DNA of 62,943 nt, filler included, from Chiloscyllium plagiosum (Eukaryota): assembly GCF_004010195.1 (NCBI RefSeq). It is 6 parts of one record of this genome, joined end to end, with 100 filler letters (N's around TTAATTAATTAA, not from the genome) between each part and the next. Parts side by side here need not be neighbours in the genome. Positions count along the whole stretch, not along the records: positions 1 to 14,193 come from NC_057711.1; 5 more parts are not named here. The stretch is one strand, 5' to 3'. Below the pieces are notes generated by a model that was given only the letters and a program-made list of their open reading frames with translations, ran no database searches and was not told the DNA's origin. Within the stretch, counting starts at the first letter, position 1. Every line of letters begins with the position of its first letter. Position numbers and translations under genes: made by a program. This document shows positions 1 to 11,910 of the stretch, piece after piece.

Positions 1-686
1 ATTTCAGGTCCTTCAGCCACTGTTACCTCAGGGAGATTGCTTGTGTCTTCCCAAGTGAACACAGATCTGAAGTACCCGTTTAATTCCTCTGCCATTTCTT
101 TGTTCCTAGTAATATATTCCCCTGTTTCTGTCTTCAAGGGCCCAATTTTTGTCCTAACCATTTTTTTGCCTTGCACATACCTAAAAAAGCTTTTACTATC
201 CTCCTTAATATTCTTGGCCAGTTTACCTTCATACCTCATTTGTCCTCTGCGTATTTCCTTCTTAGTAATCCTCTGTTGCTCTTTAAAAGCTTCCCAGTCC
301 TCAGTTTTCCCACTTATCTTAGCTATGTTATACTTTTTCTCTTTTAACTTTATATATTTCTTTACTTCCCCCATCAGCCACGGCCACCCATGTCTCCTCC
401 TGGGATCTTTCTTCCTTTTAGGAATGAACTGATCCTGCAACTTCTGCATTATACACAGAAATATCCGCCATTGTTCCTCCACGGTCATCCCTGCTAAGGT
501 ATTGCACCATTGAACTTTGGCCAGCTCCTCCCTCATAGCTCCATAATTCCTTTTATTCAACAGAAGTACTGTCACTTCCGACTGTACCCTCTCCCTCTCA
601 AATTGCAGATTGAAGCTTATTGTATTATGGTCACTACTTCCCAATGGCTCCTTCACTTCGAGGTCTCTGACCAATTCTGGTTTGTT
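1..686 (-). mobile_element. CR1-clade LINE ORF2 fragment (end of AP endonuclease plus linker to RT)
   Basis: Minus strand reads LVRDLEVKEPLGSSDHNTISF...WPWL...KSFFRYVQGKK...IGPLK...EMAEELNGYFRSVFT, which are typical CR1 ORF2 motifs. Runs off the window start. Confidence 0.9.
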
Positions 687-774
687 ACGCTATGCTGTAT
701 GGTTTGGGGGATAGTGGTTAGGTGGGGAAGAGAAAGTGTGGAAAGATCTTGCATACAACTCTGAGAGTAAGTAT

Positions 775-975
775 GAGGTAGCAGAAAGAAGATGAGATAC
801 TTTCCCTCATGACACTGAAAAGATTTTTCACCTTTTTTTTCTATGCACCACTGTGACCTGGGTGGTAACCACAGACCAGGCTCACAGGATCTCGTGTTTT
901 GGTGTCCTCGACTGGTCGTGGGAGAGGAGGATGGCCTCCTCAGCGACACCTCTATCTCCCTGTCTGCAAAGACGG
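775..975 (-). mobile_element. Harbinger-type Myb/SANT-like DNA-binding gene relic
   Basis: Minus strand with frameshifts: FADREIEV / ILLSHDQSRTPKHEIL*AWSVVTTQVTVVHRKKR / QC / KVSHLL. This matches the F..E.EVL...W..VA..V...R...QC..K..DL pattern of Harbinger ORF2 proteins. Confidence 0.55.
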
Positions 976-2029
976 TGTGTCTGACACGTTCAAGCAAATG
1001 ACATGAGCTACGCACTTGACCTTATGCACACCGGATTGGTGCTGGTGCTTGGAATGCCGGACATGCCACAGTGGCAAATCCTTTCACCTGTCGTGAGTGG
1101 GATACTACAGTGATCGAGGTGCCATAGAGGTATGGTGCATAGATTATGAGGTGATTTTCAGAAAGATGTGGAAAAAAAATCACCAGGCCTCAAAGCAAGA
1201 GGAACCCTCCATGAAATTTGGCAAAATTAATGCTTATTGATTTATGGTAAAATTCAGTCGCACCATTTATTTTCTAACCTGTGATGACATTGAAACTGTT
1301 AGAATGAAGAACCCATCAAGGAAAAAGGTCATTACATTCTTTTTGACTTAAAGCATGCTGTGGTGGCTTCAGTGTGGGTGCATGAGGGGTAGGGATAAGG
1401 GAGACAAACAAAGCAAGGAACCACATGGGAGGGAGGCACATTGCAATTACTTCTGTTTTAGCCATGTAATTTAGCTAGCTTGCCTTAACCTCCTTATTCA
1501 ATTCACCACAAACTTTCTCTGGCTAATGACAAAGCAGCCTATCATCCTCTGGGACTGTGACAACTTTCATGGTTAATATTGTTCCCTTAACCACAACATT
1601 TTTTTTCATTTATTGTGAGATATTGCTGTCCACAAGTTCTGATACACATATAACATTCACAACTAAATTCCTGTTGTGTCTGAAAATATCTGTATTCAAC
1701 TGGTGTGTATGTGATAACATTGCTGATGCAAGAGTTCATTTGTAGGCCTGTAGATTGTGTTTTATTACCTTCTCTACTACCTTGCACTGCAGATTTTTTT
1801 TGTCAAGCCAAGTGAAATGGATATTATCTAAGTCTACCTTTGGCTGTTCAATTTGTATCTGTCTGCTGTGAACTAATCGCAAGAGCTTGCTGATGTGCTG
1901 AAATGATCAGAACAGAAGGCAAGAATTTAAGAAGACATCATGAAGTTTTGCAGTGGCAATCGACAAGGGATATTTAATACCTGTATCTTCAGGATCTGCA
2001 TCTCTTTTAGCCAGTAGTTTTTTTTAATT

Positions 2030-2310
2030 CATTTACATGATGAGACCGTCACTTGTTGCCCAAAAGAATCAGCCACATTGCTTTGGGTTTGGAGCCAGAC
2101 CAGGTAAGGATGGCAGTTTCCTTCCTGAAAGATCATTAGTGAATCAGATGGGTTTTCCCTCGACAATTGACAACAGATTCATTATTAATTCCAGATTTTT
2201 ATTTATTGAGTTCAACTTCCACCATCTGCTGTAGTGGATTCGAACCCAGGTCTGCAGAGCATCACCTCAGTCTCTGGATTAATAGATCAGTGATAATACC
2301 ACTAGGTCAT
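2030..2310 (-). mobile_element. tRNA-headed SINE (non-HE1 family; similar copies at about 14680-14850, 16685-17010 and 39470-39790)
   Basis: Minus strand has A-box-like CTAGTGG and B-box GGTTCGAATCC, followed by a body shared with the other copies (gatggtggaa...aaaaatctggaattaa...cccatctgattcactaatg). Confidence 0.7.
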
Positions 2311-3502
2311 TGTCACACCTTTCCCCCTAATTACTTTGAGGTTACTACATTGTTAACATATGTTGAATTTTTTAGTTTTGTTATTGAGGTTGCAAAACAT
2401 ATTGAATCTATTGCATGTTGGGGACACAATAATGCTTGAACAAACTCTTATCCTTTAATCTACCACACACCTAACATTATGAGTTTCATATGGAAATTCT
2501 GCACTTAATCATCAGCTGTTTTACATAGTTACTGAATGCTTGCTGTTTTACGAGTTTAACCTATACTGTTGAGTATGACATTTATATTTCACATGGAAAC
2601 TTAAAACTGAATCTGAAGTTTGACTTAATCAATCAATTATCACTGTTAACATCTGATCATCAGTTTTTCCACTTTATTTCTTTTAGTTTTAATGTGTAGA
2701 TCATTAAATAGTCATTTGTTTCTACCGGTTCAATCTCTCAGTGTTTTGCTTTGGTTTGTGTAAAGATCCTGACAATGCCTCTCTCTAAAAGTATAACCAG
2801 AGACTATTTCTGTGTGTGACTCTGCATCTTGTATGAAACACTTCTAATTGAATAATTCAAATCTTTCAAGAAATAGCATTCTTGTAATATTTCTCATAAG
2901 AAAGTAGTTTTGAATGCACGGAAAAAAGAATTATTACCACAGTAGGCTACCAAGCATAATCTAATATTTGGAATGTATCTGTGGAACAGGAAGATATATT
3001 GAGAATAGGTTTTGCTATATAAGCGGATTTCTAATTGGGCATTATTATTTCTTTCTTGTCCCTAGGCAGCACATTAGGATTTCCCATTAATAACCAGTAT
3101 GAACCGGGGAGGGTGTGTTGGTGGATGTTGGGGGAGGGGGGCAGTGGCCATTGGGGCTTCCTGTCCACAAGATTCTCCGGGCTGTTTAGCCTAGCTGTGG
3201 TGGAACAGTGACAGAACAACCCAAAGAGTGGCATAACATTGTTTTTCCGCTATATTCTGTGAGGCAATGGGCACTTGAGAAAGCTGTCTCAGAAATTCAC
3301 CCCCAATGCATCATATGCCATCATCACGGTTGCAGGTATAAACTTGCACCTCGAGATGCCATTTTAGAAATTCATAAATCATTCTCGAGCCTCTACATCC
3401 AAAGAAGTGAACTAAGCTTACATCATCCATTGTTATATGCGTAGGTACACAAGTAGCTTTTCAAAAAAAATTGACTTTGTATATGCCATACTGTATAATG
3501 TC

Positions 3503-4400
3503 AAAAGTCACATGACACCAGGTTATAATCCAACAGATTTATTTAAAACTACAAGCTTTCAGAGTGCTGATCCTTTGACAGGTGAAGTGAAGGGAGGTAC
3601 ACAGGCACAGAATATAAAGGTGGAGAGATAATGGCAAGATAATTCCAGGTAATTAAGAATATCAATGGATAAGTACAAATAGTGTGAGTAGAGTCCCCCA
3701 TCAGTCAGGGAACACTTCCACGGTCAAGGACAGTCAGCCTCTGATCTTTGGGTAAGCATTCTCCAATGTGGCCTTGGTGATACACGATAATGCACAATCA
3801 CTGAGCAGAAACTGATTGTTAAGTTCTGCACTCATGAGGATGGCTTCGACCCCCATCCTTGGGTTCATCTTCCTAAACATCCTGTTTTGAGACCATTGCT
3901 TTGTAATTATCTCTCTGCCTGAATTAGTTTGTCTAGTTTTTAATTGCTCATCATGTGACTCTGATACCTACTCATGTTATTTCAGCCAATTTGTTGGTCA
4001 TCTAGAACTATTTCATTTTTAGTTATTTGTAATTATTTCCATGCCTTAACTAATAAATCTGATCATAGGTCATCCCTTCACTTGTTATTCAGCTGTCAAC
4101 ACTTTACTCACATTGTTTGTAATAATCTGTTGACACTCTTGATTACCTGCAAAGGCTTGTTATTCATCCTATCAACACTCTACTCACACTATTTGTACTT
4201 ATCTGTTGATATTCTTAAGTATCTGGAATTACCTTGCCACTATCTCTCCACCGTTATATTCTGTGCTTGTGCACATCCCTCTATTAACGAAGGAGTGGCA
4301 CTCTGAAAGTTTGTGATATTAAATAAATCAGTTGGATTATAACTTTGTGTCGTGTAACTTTTGTCCACCTCAGTCCAACACTGGCATCTCCACATCATAA
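3503..4400 (+). mobile_element. Penelope-like element 3' fragment with inverted terminal arms
   Basis: 3503-3693 is an inverted repeat of about 4177-4362. Between them, 3700-3845 encodes VREHFHGQGQSASDLWVSILQ...EQKLIVKFCTHEDG (C-terminal part of a GIY-YIG endonuclease). Confidence 0.75.
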
Positions 4401-4649
4401 TATATAATGTGAGAGCATCTGATGCCAAGTCTCTAGATTTTCTCTGGTCCTTTTTGCCATCTTGTCTTTTTTATATACACTTTACCCCTGCTCCATAGAT
4501 ATTTGATATTTAACCCTTCCTTTCATATTTAAATTGTCCTGAATAAGGTGTCTATATCAAATGCGTTACTTGTCAGCAGTAATGTCTGTCTCATAATGGT
4601 CACAATTTCATGGTACAGCAAAATCATCCTTACTGCCTTTGGAAGCACA

Positions 4650-6900
4650 GAGCCATAAAGGAATCTGCCATTCAAACCATTGTGCCTGTGCTCGCTGAAT
4701 AAACTAGGCATCCATTCTAATCACACTTCCCAGCATCTGCTCTAATGCCTTGCCAGTTACAGCACTTCAGGTTCAGATACAAGTTCCTTTTAAATGAGTT
4801 GAGTATTTCTGCCTCAGCCACCAATTCAGGCAGCCAATCCCAGACATCCAGCATCCTCTGGGTGAAATTTTCCTTTCCTTATTTTTTCTTTAGTTCTTTA
4901 GCCAATCACTTTAAATCTTTCCCCTCAGTGTACCAGATCTTCTCTGTCCACTCCATCCCAGTATCTTAATATTTTGTACATCTTAATTAAGTCACCCTAA
5001 GGCCTCCTCTGTTCTAAGGACAGAAATCCTATCCTACTCAATATTTCTGCATTTTCAGGCCCTGGCAATATTCTTATAAATGATTCCCCCCCATCCCCGC
5101 CCCCCATCCCGAGACTCTCTCCAGAGCAATTATGTCCTTTTTTTAATGTAATGACCAGAACTGTACATAAAACTCTATCTATAACACTCTCAATGTCCTT
5201 CCTGTTTATTGTGCATTCCTTTGTTTCATTTGCCTTCACAAATACATAACTTTACACTTCTTCACATTGAATTATATTTGCCATTTTTCTGCCCATTCAA
5301 CCAAACCATCAGCATTCTGTCGTCAACACCCATCATCTTCATTGTCAACTACAGGACCAATTTTTGTGTAGTTCTCAACTTTCGAAATCATGTGTCCACC
5401 ACTTTAGTCGAAATCATTAACATACATTACAAACAGTAAGAAACTGAACATTATGCCCTGAAAACTGTAGAACACTGGTGGAAACCATTGCAGGGATATA
5501 TGGTGATAATCAACAAAAAATGCCAGTAATCACAGTGGGTCAGGGAACACCCATGGAGAGAGAGCATGCTAACGTATCAAAGCTAGATGGCTCTTCCTCA
5601 GAGCTCTGATGAAGAATCATCTAGACTTGTTATATTATCTTGCTGTCTCTCCATGGATGTTCCCTGACCTGCTGTGATTTCCAGCAATTTTTGTTTACAA
5701 TACAGATTTCCAACATCTGTAATAATGTTGACAATCAACTTTGTTTCCTATCATTGATCCAATTTTGCAACCAACTTGCCACATTCCCCTGTGTCACTTG
5801 GATTTTAGTTTCTCCGTCCAGTCTGCCGTATCCAACATTGTTAAATGCCTTAATAAAGCCCATTAGAGAACATTCACCCTGCACCAATCTTCCTTTGTAC
5901 TTGCTCAAAAAGTTCCATTAAGTTAATAAGGATCTTCCCTAAATGATACAGTGCTGATTATATTTGATTATTCCATGCCTTTCTAAACAACAATCGATCC
6001 TATTCCACAATATTAATTCTCATAATATGCCCACCAAGGTCAGATTAACATATCCATAATTAGTTGGCCTACCCTTTGAATCATTTTTGAATGATGGTAT
6101 TACAAATTTGCAATCTTTCAATACTTAGAGTCATAGAGTATAGAGAAGTACAGCACGGAAACAGACCCTTCATTCCAACTCATCAATGCTGACCAGATAT
6201 CCCAACCTAATCTAGTCCCATTTGCCAGCACTTGCCCCATATCCCTCTAAACCCTTCATATTCATATATCCATCCACATGCCTTTTAAATGCTATGATAG
6301 TATCAACCTCTTGGTACCTCATCTGTAGCATCCTTCTTCTGCATGAAGACAGAGACAAAGTTCTCATTTAGAATGCTGTCCATATTGTTGTCACACACAA
6401 GTTACTATGGACATCTCTGGTAGGCCTAAACCTTTCCTTAGTCATCCACTTGGACATCCTAGGCTGATAAAGCATCTCTGTATATTCTTTGACTTTATCA
6501 GATTTTTTTTTGCCTTCTCTTCTTGCTTCTGAATTTCCTTTTTGGTTTCCCCCAATAAGTTCTAAGTTTTTGTCTGCTTCCTAAACTATTACCTCTTTTG
6601 GGAATGTCTGTTTCTACTTTTTCTTAGTCTATATGCTTCTGGACAATCAAGGAGATTCCTCTGATTTCCATATGGGGCATGCATATATTGTATCCGTAGA
6701 ATCTCACTTTTGAATGCCTCCCACATTTTTTAGTGATTTCCATTCAAGTAACTGTATCCAGTCCACATTTTCCAAATCATATCACCGTTTTGTAAAATTC
6801 ACATTCCCCAGTTTAAAACTTGTACTCCTGTTCTATTTTGTCCCTTTCATGATAGCATCAACTCTAATTATTATTATCATTATACTGAAAATGGTCTATT
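4650..6900 (-). mobile_element. Old degraded CR1-type LINE fragments, with a PLE-terminus insertion (about 5485-5720) and a HER1 3' tail (about 6126-6310)
   Basis: Recognisable antisense CR1 RT and 3' UTR sequence; agagtcatagag tail repeat at 6127. Confidence 0.6.
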
Positions 6901-7285
6901 GCTGCTAGTTCACCCACCACCCGGCATCATTTTCAAAGACTCCTTCCAGAATTGTACTCTCTCGGTTTAGCCATTTACATGCTGGCTAAATACATTGTCT
7001 TGAACACTGCAAGAAGTGTGTGCCCTGTTTGTATGCTAGTTTATGTTTGGGTAGTTGAAGCACCCAACTGTTATTGTCATTTTGTATTTTGCAATCAAAA
7101 AGTTTCCTGTATTTTTTTCCTCTAACTCTCGCCCACTATGTGTGTCCACAGCACATGTCAAGTACTCTGGCAACCCCTTATTTGTTTCTGAGCTCAATCT
7201 CCATGGCCTCATTTGAGTTTCATTTAGTTTATCACCCCATTGTAATTTATTTATAACTTTTTCATTTCTTCCATAACATTTTCAG

Positions 7286-7358
7286 GATTGGTGCCATTTT
7301 TCATGACATCTTGTCATATCTTCAGACAAGCAGCAATCTCTTCTCACAAAGAGGAAAG
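7286..7358 (+). pseudogene. ABCA13: Exon-like segment of ABCA13-like relic
   Basis: ttttcag acceptor and AAG|gttagc donor; 73 nt; open frame IGAIFHDILSYLQTSSNLFSQRGK. Confidence 0.55.
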
Positions 7359-7593
7359 GTTAGCTATCACAGGAGATTTGTTGGATTGTAATACATAAAT
7401 AAAGGCTGGCTAAATAATTTCTCTTCAAGAAATTCTTTGCATGCTTGGTACTTTCAAGGCTGACCCAGCACATTGTACGCAATAAGCTTTTGAATCACCA
7501 TAATTTTACGTTTATCAAAAGAAACTTTGTTCAGTGGACTGAACGTAATATTAATGAACTATACAGATAAAAGGTTTCTACGTTTGTTTCCAG

Positions 7594-7686
7594 ATCTTCA
7601 ATGAGTTACCAGATTTTAATCAAATTTACAGAAAAGGCACAAAAATTGATCTTGCTTTGAAAGTCTAAGGAGAGATTAATGATCAG
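7594..7686 (+). pseudogene. ABCA13: Exon-like segment with in-frame TAA (7666-7668)
   Basis: tttgtttccag acceptor and CAG|gtaggt donor; 93 nt, in frame with the preceding exon. Reads IFNELPDFNQIYRKGTKIDLALKV*GEINDQ, compared with recalled human LQNLPQWPALKRFLQLDGALR. Confidence 0.55.
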
Positions 7687-8119
7687 GTAGGTGTTGCTCT
7701 ACTCAAAATCCATATTTTGTCAACACTGTATAGCACAGCACCAGGTTAGAAATTCGAGCAGAATTTAACGTTGCTCGGAAGTGCTGATGATGGTGGCATA
7801 TTGATTACAACTGACATGTATGTGAAGTGCAATGATCCTTTCATTTATATAATTGGAGAGTTCTAGCATTTCACCTACCGCTTATTCCAGAAGACAAAAC
7901 AAAATCTGTGAATGCAAGGGATGATATCATACTTCCTTTCTAATAGGAAGTGTATTTCTTTAGATGCCCCAACCAAGGAGCATAGGCTTCACTGAGGACA
8001 ATGCCAGTTGAAGCCTTGATAGTTCATGTGGTATTATTTCAATTTTTCTTTCTTCGACCACAATTGGATTGATCCTGTAGGAAATGGAGTTGGATATGGA
8101 TATTGATCCTGTAGGATAT

Positions 8120-8256
8120 GTGCGTCCTGATGAAGGTTCCTGCCTGAATTGTCAACTCTCCTGCTCGTCTAATGCTGCTTGACCTGCTGTGCTTTTTCCA
8201 GTTCACATTTTATCGACTGACTTTCCAGCATCTGTAACACTCACTATCTCCAAGTT
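8120..8256 (+). mobile_element. PLE-derived terminal fragment with degenerate hammerhead core
   Basis: cctgatgaagg...cctgaattgtc...ccagcatctgtaacactcactatctcc, flanked by direct repeat tgtaggatatg (8109-8119 and 8257-8267). Confidence 0.7.
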
Positions 8257-9073
8257 GTAGGATATGGATCCCTAGCCAGAAGAAAGTGTGACATACTGTT
8301 TAAAGGCACCTTTTCTAGTTACTTCCTCATTTGGGGTGATTATAGTCTATCCTATAGAGCAATGCATAGTCACCTAGTGGAGGTGTCCAATAACCTTCAT
8401 ACATCTGTTGACAATGTGCAGATTCTACTCACAAGTGCAAGCTGATGTCACTGCATAGAGGGTACAGGGAAGTTGAAACCTGAGTGCACAGAAAAAAGTG
8501 ACTTACCTGTTCCTTAAACAATAATATTTTGGATTTGAGAAATTAATATCAAGGAACTGAGATGGAATTGTAAATTAAAGAACTTCAGTTACTGTCAAAT
8601 CAGGTATGGAAAGTAAAATAAGGAGAGAAAAAGAATATTTGTATTAAGAGAGGAAGTAAAGGAATAGAAAAAAAGTTTAAGAAATAATCATTTTAACCTT
8701 TGAAAATTTATTAATAGTTGAAATAACGTGACTTCACATTTGGAACAGTTATTTTTCAATTAAACATTGTTTAATTAGAAGCAATTAACATCAGATTATT
8801 AAAATAGCATTGACATTTGAAAAAAAATCTTAACTTTTTGTAGCAAGTTTGGTTCACAACTACATAGCCAAGAGCAAGATTTAACAGAGGGATACAGCAG
8901 GCACAGGAATCCATTCATTCATACTACTTGCAGACTAATGCGGAAATGCCACTATAGTGACTTCAAGTCATAATTCATGATTGTTGTTGGTATTATTTTG
9001 TCAGATTTTCAGCAGTCCAAAGAAGACTTGACTCTCAAGAAGACCATTACAATGGTGAGTGAGCAAAATTCCA

Positions 9074-9368
9074 GGGGTGGCGTGGTGGCTCAATGGCTAG
9101 CACTTCTGCCTAACAGTGCCAGGGACCCAACTTCAATCCCAGCCTCGGGAGACTTTGTGGAGTTTGCACGTTCTCTCTGCGTCTGCATGGGTTTCCTCCC
9201 ATAATCCCAAAACATGCAGATTGGGGATTTGGCCATGCTAAATTGCCCATAATATTCAGGGGTGTGTGGTTTAGGTGCATTAGTTAAGGGTAAATGTAGA
9301 GGAATGGGTCTGGGTGGGTTATTCTTTGTTGGACCAAATGGCCTGGTTTCATACTGTCGGGATTTTGT
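9074..9368 (+). mobile_element. HE1-type SINE (diverged)
   Basis: tRNA-like head ggtggctcaatggctagcac...cttcaatccc, body tgtggagtttgcacgttctc, HER1-like tail. Confidence 0.9.
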
Positions 9369-10416
9369 GAAAATAAATCAATTCAATGAGGCAAAGATGA
9401 AACTATGAACAGTAGATCTACATAGCCAATTCAATATTTTAGGTACAGAAATGCAGAAGACATTTGCTAAGTCAATGCAATGGATAGATAAACACCTGGC
9501 ATGAAAAACCCTTACAAATGCCAAACAGCAAAAGAAACTTCACAGGCAAGAAGCATGCTTGACTATTAAAACAAAATACTTTTATTCTGAAATGATGTCA
9601 TTTTCAGAAAATGTGATGAAGCAGGATACAGCAATAGAAAGTCATTTTCTTGAGGTTTCTTTGGCTGAGAAGTCTTTCTTTCTGAGGGTGTTGTCTGTCA
9701 GAGGTTTCAGAGCTATTTGCACCCCAAATGAAGCCATTGTAAGTGACTTTCTGTCTACCCCTTGTGGAAGTACATGTTGTGTTTCAAAAGTTTTCAGATG
9801 TCTGAGAATGTCTATTTGTAATCCACTTGGAGCATTCTGGGATCTTGACTACACTGCCATTATAAGAGGTCAGGCAATTTTTGGCATCTATTTCTCAATG
9901 AACCTTGTGTCCAGTTGAAGCGATTAGCTTTATACAGAATCTATAATATCATGGCTACTTCATTCATGATAGTACGCTTTGGCACTAAGTTGGCATAGAG
10001 GTCATGGGATTGGATAGAATCATGTTTTGGCATGAAAGGCATGATGACCATTGGGCATGTGCGTTGACGTGGCATGGATCAGCAGCAATGGGGTGGGGAG
10101 GAGGTGGTGAGGGTGGGGAGTCAGAGCTAGAAAACTTAATTTTTAAGGAAACTGAATGAAATTCCAACATTCAAATCCCTGATTTGCATCTGATTGATCA
10201 TCAATTAAAGGATGAAGAGGGGCATTTATGATCCTGGCCTGACTCCATTCTGCACCACACCCCTGTATCAAATACCAGGACATTTTTCCTGAGCCAGCTG
10301 AAGTGAACTTAACAATATTTCTCTATTCCCCTGACCTGAATCATGAGCAAACATTCAGACCTCAGTGTTAGCACTGGTCTCAGGATGTTTTTGAATTTCT
10401 ATCAACATATTCAAAT

Positions 10417-10614
10417 CGGAGAAAGTGAAGACTGCAGACGCTGGACAGTCAGAGTCTAAATATGTAGCGCTTGAAAAGCACAGCAGGTCAGGCAGCACAT
10501 GAGGAGCAGGAGAGTCAACGTTTCAGACATAAGTCCTTCATCCTGAAATAACGACTCTCCTGCTTCTCAGATGCTGCCTAACCTGCTGTGCTTTTCCAAC
10601 ACCATACTTCTCGA
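10417..10614. mobile_element. Fold-back PLE-derived short element
   Basis: Inverted arms (gaaaagcacagcaggtcaggcagca / tgctgcctaacctgctgtgcttttc); TSD-like caacatattcaaat / caacgcattcaaat. Confidence 0.8.
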
Positions 10615-11244
10615 CAACGCATTCAAATGATCTATAAAGGACATAGTGCTGAGACTCCTACCTTTACGTTAACTGGACATTTTGTGCCAAGGCTTTATGA
10701 ACTAATTTTATAGATTTTAATGTTTAATATGTCATATGTTCTTTTTTGGATGGGAAGCTGGGGGAATATGAATTAATTCTTGCCAGTAAATTTGTAATGT
10801 CACCAATGCATTACTGTCAGAGACAATATGCCTCCATTCTACATGTGAATGAGTTTATCTGTTAAATCTCTTGTGTCAAACTAATTCTTTGATTATCCAA
10901 TTATAAAGCACTAGCAGTCAATCTGCACTATCATTATCACTGCACTTTTGCAGGAGTGTTTAACAATAGATGATATAAAATCCTGAGCACTCAGAACATT
11001 TTTTTAAAATTAAAACGTGCTTTTTTGACAATAGATTCATTTGTACATTGTTCAGATATTTACTATTTTCATAATAGGAAAATGACCTTGAAGCTATTTA
11101 AACTGAATTTGGAATTTTATTAATTCAACCCAGATGTATCTGGGAGCGCACAGTCATCTCAAGTAAAATAGGCATTGCCATAAAAATGAATTTCTACTGC
11201 AAAATTAATTTCTCTGAATTTCCTATGCAATGCATCGACAACAA

Positions 11245-11690
11245 GGGAAACAAAAAAGTGTTCTGGAAAAGCACAGCATGAGGCATGGCAGCATCTATGG
11301 AGATAAAGCAGAGCAAATGTTTTGGGTTTAGCAACCTTTCATCAAAACTGACTATAGCCAGGAAAAGGGTGTTATTAATGCTGAGGATGAGGTGGGGAAA
11401 AAGGAGGAAGAATAAATGATAGGAGGAGATGGAGCCCAGAGAAACAGGCAATCAGTTGGACAGGCAAGGGAATGGGCAAAAGTCAGTCTTGGAGAAGCAA
11501 TAGCTGCTAATGAGAACCATTAGTGCCTGACATTTGGTTGTTTGTAGTAGCAGCCCATGTGATAACAAGGCCTCGTGTGTGGATTTTGAGGTACAGACAG
11601 TGGGAGAAGGTGCCTCAAGCTCTAAAATTTGTGAACTTGATAATGAGTACAGAAAGTGACAGGGTCGCCAAGTAGAAAATTAAATGCTCT
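11245..11690 (-). mobile_element. Old Penelope-like 3' fragment
   Basis: Terminus similar to the other PLE ends (ggaaaagcacagcatgaggcatggcagcatct), followed by antisense PLE 3' region. Confidence 0.55.
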
Positions 11691-11721
11691 ATCATCATTG
11701 CATCATTTTCATTAAAACACC

Positions 11722-11910
11722 AAAATCACACTAGAGCTGGCGTAACCCTTGTAGCCTCAGTTGTTATGAACTGCTAACATTCATACCTCTGAATCTGAAT
11801 ACTGCTCAAGATGATAAATTTGACATTGATAGACTCAAAAGTGGCAGCACAGGCATCAACAGCAGTTCTGATGTCAGCACTAGTTCAAAAAGTCACACTC
11901 GTGTATTTAG
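11722..11910 (+). pseudogene. ABCA13: ABCA13-like fragment abutting a HER1 insertion
   Basis: SLSCYELLTFIPLNLNTAQDDKFDID (from 11753), then frameshifted QASTAVLMSALVQKVTLVYLE. Compare recalled human SLSCTRLFLLLGADPSPENDVFSSD...QLVSTVIFHTLEKTQFFLE. Confidence 0.6.
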
